Under the pieces are notes generated by a model. That model had not been told where the DNA came from. It did no database searches and saw nothing but the letters and a program-made list of their open reading frames with translations. Both the position numbers and the translations under genes were made by a program. A DNA stretch of 64,000 nt, taken from the human T2T-CHM13v2.0 reference genome, Homo sapiens. Position 1 is the first letter of the stretch. The number at the start of each line of letters is the position of its first letter. The stretch lies in NCBI RefSeq assembly GCF_009914755.1, contig NC_060926.1; one strand, 5' to 3'. Positions 57,727 to 64,000 of this stretch are shown here, piece by piece.

Positions 57727-60700
57727 TGACGCTGCTCCCCGTGAGGGGGACTAACCGTCAAAGACTCGACTTTTCTCACCCGGGCTCCTTCCTTCAAGTT
57801 GTGCTCCTTTTGGAAATACCGTTTGGAAGAAAAGTGGTGCCGACCTCCGAAGAGAGGGAAGGGGCTTTGCCTGTATTGTGCGGATGCTGGTGTCAGACGG
57901 AACTGATGTGGTCATCCCAGCCTGGCAGGGCTGATGGGCAGCGAAGGAGGCCCCGGAACCTTCCTTCATACCCCTGAAGTGCAGGGTGTGTGTGGATTAG
58001 ACTTCAGAGACCAATCGTTGGCTGGTGGAGGCTGGTGGAGGCTGCCCGAGGCAGATAGGACACCTGCTTTCCAACCTTCCTGAGGACCCCATACCCCCAC
58101 CCTCCTCGCTGTCCAGGCACTGAGGAGAGAAAATGTCCTCGCCCTTTAAACTAGAGCTTTCCAGATTTGGGCACTCACTCTCTGCTTATCACTCTGTCTT
58201 CTGTTCGTGGTACCTTGTCAGGTTGTTTTTGTTGTTTGTTTTGTTTGGCACTGAGTTGCAGAGCATCAATTTGTTCTTCTGAAATCTGTGCAACACCTGT
58301 CTTCTGTGAATGCTATCAGATAGTTTGATTTTTTTTTTTTTTTTGGTAATCCCATTCACGTAAAAATATTCAGTGTGACAACTTGTGAAGCTTCCTTTAA
58401 CTTTCAGAACTTGACTCAATGTATTTTTTTCCCCTTTGAGATTAAAAAAAAAAATCAACATCTCTTCTCTTGGACTCATGATGCCAAAAAAGAAAAAGTC
58501 CAAAATCAGTACATTTTAATATTTAGTAGCCATGTAGGAAAACAAACAGACGGATTTGTGTTGAGTTACAGCCTGGAATGGAATGACATAGAAAAGAGGG
58601 GGTTAATAATGTGTTGGCCTTCAGAGTCTTGCTAGTTGGCGGATTCTTCATTTCTCAAACATGTCAACTTCCTCCTTCCCATGGCTAACTCAGCTGGGGA
58701 CTGCCATCCAAAATCTGTCTGCGTGTGGAAGGACTCCAGCACTTTTAGGGGAACCAGATACAGTAAAATCTTTTGGGAAGTGCACCATTTTCTTTTCTCT
58801 CCTAACTTGCATCCAAATCTGATTTCTCCTCATGAAGATGCTGCATAATTAATTCTGATAGTAGCATAGTACATGAACAAACTGTAAAAGCTGAATGTGG
58901 AGGCTCAGTTATGGAGTGCTCATTTAGGCAAGGCAATTTTGAAAGCTAAGCAGTGTAGTCTGTCTTTGGAAATGACAGAACTGCATTTCCTTACACTTTC
59001 TATGCTTAGAGTATTTGATTGCATGTAAATTGGATATAGAGCAATGCCTGAAACAGCAGGGCAGAGTCAAACCTACAGTAGAAGAGGGGACCCCCACAGG
59101 ATATTGCACAATGCCTCTGCAAATGCCCTGGCTAACTGAGGTGCCAGTTCCAGGGCAGTCCAGGGTCAAATAATAGAGGTGGAAGGACTTTAGAGGTCAT
59201 TGAAGTTGAACATCTACTGGTTGTTCAAATTCCCTTCTACAATCTTTCTGACAAATGGTTGTCTAGCCCAGTACTTCCGTAAGACGGAACTCATATACTC
59301 GTTAAAAGAACTAGATTTTCCCAGTCACGAATGCCTATTTTTAGATGAAAACAATCTCAGCTTTATAATATTGATGGTGTTTAGCTAATCTTTTGTGTAG
59401 AACACTGAAGAGTTCTAGGTTGTGAACAGAAGATATGGGCCCCATTGCTGGCTCTGTTGCTAAATTGCAGTGTGTTCTCCAAGTATCAAGACCTTCTTCG
59501 CCTTCGGTTTCCTTGTCTGTGGTATTATTAGGAGGGATGACTATTCTTTAGAGAAATTTCTAGTTCACATATCTGTCATTGTTATAATTAATAACAATGT
59601 AAATTTAGCTTCTTGCAAAGTTAATGAGCCAACGCTATTAAGCAATGAGGAGTTTGGAGGAAAGAACAGGCATTGGTAGATTATAGGATCATAATTTGTT
59701 GTTTGGGAGATGTCCAGAAATGCCTTGTAATGTTGCTACTAACCAACCTTGGGCTAGTTACATAATTCTTCTAGATCTCAGTTTCATCATCTGTGAAATG
59801 TATGGGTGACAAGAGCAGCTTTAAAATTCTGAGTCTATGAATAATTTGAGAAAAGAAAATGTCACCAACATTTTCCTGGCTCAAAGATGATTTTGGCACC
59901 CATATTAGGCAAACATTATCACCTTTGTTTTGGCATCTGACATTAGTGGCTGTGGTATGAATTTCTTAAATGAGCCATTTATAAAACTAGAAATTAACAC
60001 TGTATCTAATTTTAAAATTTGAGCAACTAGAGTCCCAAGTTCCATTCTTTCTTCTATGAGTTACCTTGTTTATGAGTCTTAGCATCGTTTAGAAATTTTA
60101 ATGGTAGGAAATGAAAAGTTTATTCAGATGGGAGAGTGGGGAGGGGTGGAAAAAGGGCTCAAGAACTGTCTGGCATGCTTAGTGAGCTTCTGAGAGGCAA
60201 AGATGTCAGCATTTTCTTCTCTGGACCTAGAGGGCAAAGCTAGGAGTTGAATGAGGAGTGCAGGGAAGAAAATGTAGAGTTGATAATATGGAAAACATTC
60301 TCATAATAGGAATTATTTACATTTCCTATTACTGGAGGCAAGACAAGAGAGATATATTTCTGAGAGATGTACAGGGGATAGAAACATGCAATGTGGGCAA
60401 TAAGAGATTAATTTAGAAATATGCAAGGCTCTATAATATTAGTCTACTTAAGAGAAATCACTGGAGCTAGAAAAGCATTTATCTCAATGGGACAAGTATT
60501 TGGGAGAATCATCAAGTTCTTGTTTTCACACTCTTATTATGATACAAGTTCACTTCTATCTAGCCCAGAGCCTGGAATGGTCTAGGCTTGACGTTTAGCC
60601 AGAACCTTCAGAAAGAATGGAGGTAAAGTTATTGATACGCTCATTAAGAACCAAGACTAGAACCCTTTGCTATTCTACCAGACTGACAAATAAAACAAAA

Positions 60701-61285
60701 TATTTGCCAGCATAGTTTAAACATAGTTATTTTTCTAGCAGCAAGTTCTCTTAATAGCACTATATTGACCAATCCACATTTCACTATCTTGTTCACTGGG
60801 ATAACATGATAACTTATCAAATGCTTTAGAGATATTACATTCATACTGTATTTCCATACTTACTGTCCAATTCAGTAAATGCCCATTAGAAGCTTATTAT
60901 GTGCAAGGTAATGTTAGAAGATTTTGGCTAAACATGTGGGGGTTCTTTTGTGTTTGAGTTGGTCAGTTGACTCTAAATTAGTCTTCCTTATATGCCATTC
61001 TTGCAGCACTGGCTAACTTTTGATGCTGAGGAAGCTTTGCTGATCCAAGTAAGGACTGACTTGGAAAAGTATGCAAATGAAATCAGCCTTCACCCAGCGA
61101 TTTGAGTGCTGGAATAGTTGAACAAAATGGACTTAAAGCTTAGGGCTTCAGGTACCTCTGTGGCACTGGGAATGTGGGGGGCGGGGTCTGAAAGAAGTCT
61201 TTAGGTGTAAAAATCTGTAAGGTAAGTGAGTGTGTCATGGATTATAAAAGGATGCCAGGAAATGACAAGTGGCCTAAAGATAGTT

Positions 61286-61418
61286 CTTCATTCATTCATC
61301 CATTTATTCACTCAACAAATAGATGTTGGAGTGTTGGTTATTGTACCAGGTGTAGAAGATACAGGAGTGAATAAAATAGATAAAAATCCCTGCCTTCATA
61401 GAGTTTATTTCAAGTAGT
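61286..61418 (-). mobile_element. L2 3' end
   Basis: ttcattcattcatccatttattcactcaacaaata...aaaatccctgccttcatagagttta. Confidence 0.75.
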
Positions 61419-63516
61419 GGAGTTAGTATTTTCTAGTGGATTATATTATAACTACTCTTAGTAGGTCATAGGACCAGGGTAGGAGAATACTTTGGGATGG
61501 CTGATAGCACTGGTGGGTAAAATGACAGAAAATACAGGGCAGAGTGATCACATGCAGCATCCTTTAGGGGACTCCTAGCTGTTCTCTCCCAAGTGCAGTA
61601 TATATGTTTCAACTACTGGATGAATAGGAAGACAGGACAGATGGAAGCAGACTCAGTTGGAAACATTATGTAATGCTTCTTTCAGTTCTTGAAAACACTG
61701 ACTTTAATAAATAAACATTGATGTGACTTGCAAATACATTATGTAGAACTTTGGAGAAATCAATTTTGAATAGAAATTGGAGTCATAGAAATGACATTAG
61801 AAGTTCAGCTATTCACACTAGCCTTCACTTTAACTTTTTAATGAAACATTTTCATTAAAAACAATTAACATTATTTTCTATTATATATACTTTGTGCATG
61901 TCAATGAAATTCTAATATTACATATTATCTGCAATAAAAACAGAAAATTAATGTGTTTTGTTTTTATAAAATTAAAAATGATAGGATTTCAGAAATGTGA
62001 AGATTATAAGGCTGTATGCACAATGCTGACCTGTATAAATCAACTGGGTTTGAATTCTTGAAACTTGGAATAGAACATGTTCTTGTAGTTGCAGAAGCAT
62101 TTTTCCTCTAATGAGATAAACAGATATCAAAGACAGTGGGTCATAAATACTTTGTCATTTTGTTCTCTATAAGAAAAGCAAAGTAAGAGATTTGGTAGGA
62201 ATTCATTGGGTCTGCTTTTCACTCTGCTCATGATTTATCTGCCTCTCCTGTTGCTTATTTCCCATGAAATTAATAGTCTGCACAGGACCCACCAAGTTCT
62301 ACCTGACACAGAAATAGATTGATGATTTTCTTCAGCTCATTTGTAGACCAAAGTATAATTTGTGTTGGAATAATTATCTTCCAAGAGCAGATATATCTAG
62401 GGAAGTTGAGAAACCAGCACCGTCTCTCCTTCTTGACCCAGTGGTTCACAGATTGTTCTCGGACCTTCTCTTGGGTTAAAAGATGCTGCTGGTAAAAGGG
62501 ATTCCTCAGTTTTGGGGGTTCTGGGGATATGATTAAGACTTCGTTTTTCTTTCCCTCTTTACTTCTCAAGGCGAGTAGTGTCTGAAATTCTTTGGGCATC
62601 ACTCTGTGATTTATGTTTATTCATTTTTAAATTATGTGCATGGACTGTACTGACACATACATCATAAAACAGACAAAAGCAAATTTCGAAGGGATGTGGT
62701 AATACATATATATAACTAGAAGTTCAACCATTTTCATGCCACTGTCCAAAGAATTTCATGTGCACCCCTGGCATGTACAGACCGCACTCTCAAGACTGCT
62801 TCTCTCACTGCTCAGAGCCAAGTCTCTCATCTGAGCAGAGGAGGAGGGATTTTTCCTATCACAGCTGAAATTCATGGCGGGTATCCCAGTGCGCTCTTAT
62901 ATCACACACATTTATCTTGCACAGGGGAGAGAAGAAGATGCATTTTATTTCTGTACCAATTCTGACATTAGGCACAGTATTAAATGAGCCCTTTTTGATT
63001 AAACAACTGCTAGCTCATACTACACAACTCTTAATGACTAGATTTGTAGTTTTAGCTTGTTCCACAGTGTGCTGAGGCTGAACATACCCAAGTGTGATAT
63101 TCAATGTTTCAACACATTCTATTGCTAACATCATGAAGGTTATCTTGAATAGAAATTAAATTCTTGCCACTCTGCCATCAAAAGAATATACTTGCTTCCA
63201 TTCTTACTATCTGCACACAGGAATTGTCTTTTAAAAGTGATTTATAAACACAAAAGTGGATGGTACTTTAAGTAGTTTATGATCAAAATTGCCAGAATCA
63301 ATGACATTTTCATTCACTATGTTTCATGGATAACATTTAGCAATGGCCTTGAGGGGAAAAAAGGAAGAGTTTGCTATGTCATAGAAAGTTCACATCCAAT
63401 TATACCCGAGTTGCTGTGCTTTTTTTCCTTAGCTACTGATTTTTCTTCTTCAGATAGCAAAAAGAGCCCTCGAACCCCATCAGGCAGACTGCTCGTAATT
63501 ATAATTGCAACGGTTC

Positions 63517-63820
63517 TTTTTTCATTTTTTTTGAGACAGAGTCTTGCTCTGTCTGTCACTCAGGCTAGAGCTGAGTGGCACGATCATAGCTCACTGCAGC
63601 TTTGAATTGGGCTCAGGTTATCAGGTGATCCTTTCACCTCAGCCTCCCAAGTAGCTGGGACTACAGGTGTGTGCTAGCACACCTGGCTGATTTAAAAAAA
63701 AAACAACTTTGTAGAGATGGGGTCTTGCTATGTTTCCCAAGCTGTTCTCAAACTCCTGGCCTCAAGAGATACTCTTGCCTTGGCCTCCCAAAGTGTTGGG
63801 ATTACAGGTGTGAGCCACTG
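63517..63820 (-). mobile_element. AluJ
   Basis: gatcatagctcactgcagc...gtagagatggggtcttgctatgt. Confidence 0.9.
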
Positions 63821-64000
63821 GGTTTCCCTCACCCAGCGAGTGTCCTTGATTGCTATAAAAGATCAGTTTTTGTTGGAGGAGCGTCTGGACATTCCTTCCC
63901 ATTGAGAAAATGTCAATGCTAAGTGTGAAATGCCAGGGGATGGGAACATTGAAGGAATTGAGGTGGGTCACAGGGTTTTCCCAACAGTTAGCAAGAATGA

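Overview
Human (hominid) genomic DNA. The only protein-coding sequence I can support is the first coding exon of TMEM178A (+ strand, ATG 56968, splice donor after 57367), which lies in a CpG island. From memory this places the window at 2p22.1, downstream of MAP4K3/MAP4K3-DT. The first ~56 kb is repeat-rich upstream DNA: a full-length SVA with an intact target-site duplication (TSD), 13 Alus in the window overall, several truncated L1s, LTRs (MLT1, MER21, MER61, MER74), DNA transposons (MER81, MER33, MER1A, Tigger2/3, MER5/6) and MIR/L2 relics. The last 6.6 kb is TMEM178A intron 1. Almost every entry in the ORF track is noise from repeats or GC-rich sequence. I found no convincing new biological system. 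The best leads are a fully flanked candidate exon just upstream of the TMEM178A promoter, a candidate poison exon in intron 1, homeodomain-motif clusters upstream of the gene, a long Cys-bounded insertion in the first loop of TMEM178A, and several informative retrotransposition structures. Repeat subfamilies were called by eye and need RepeatMasker/Dfam confirmation.
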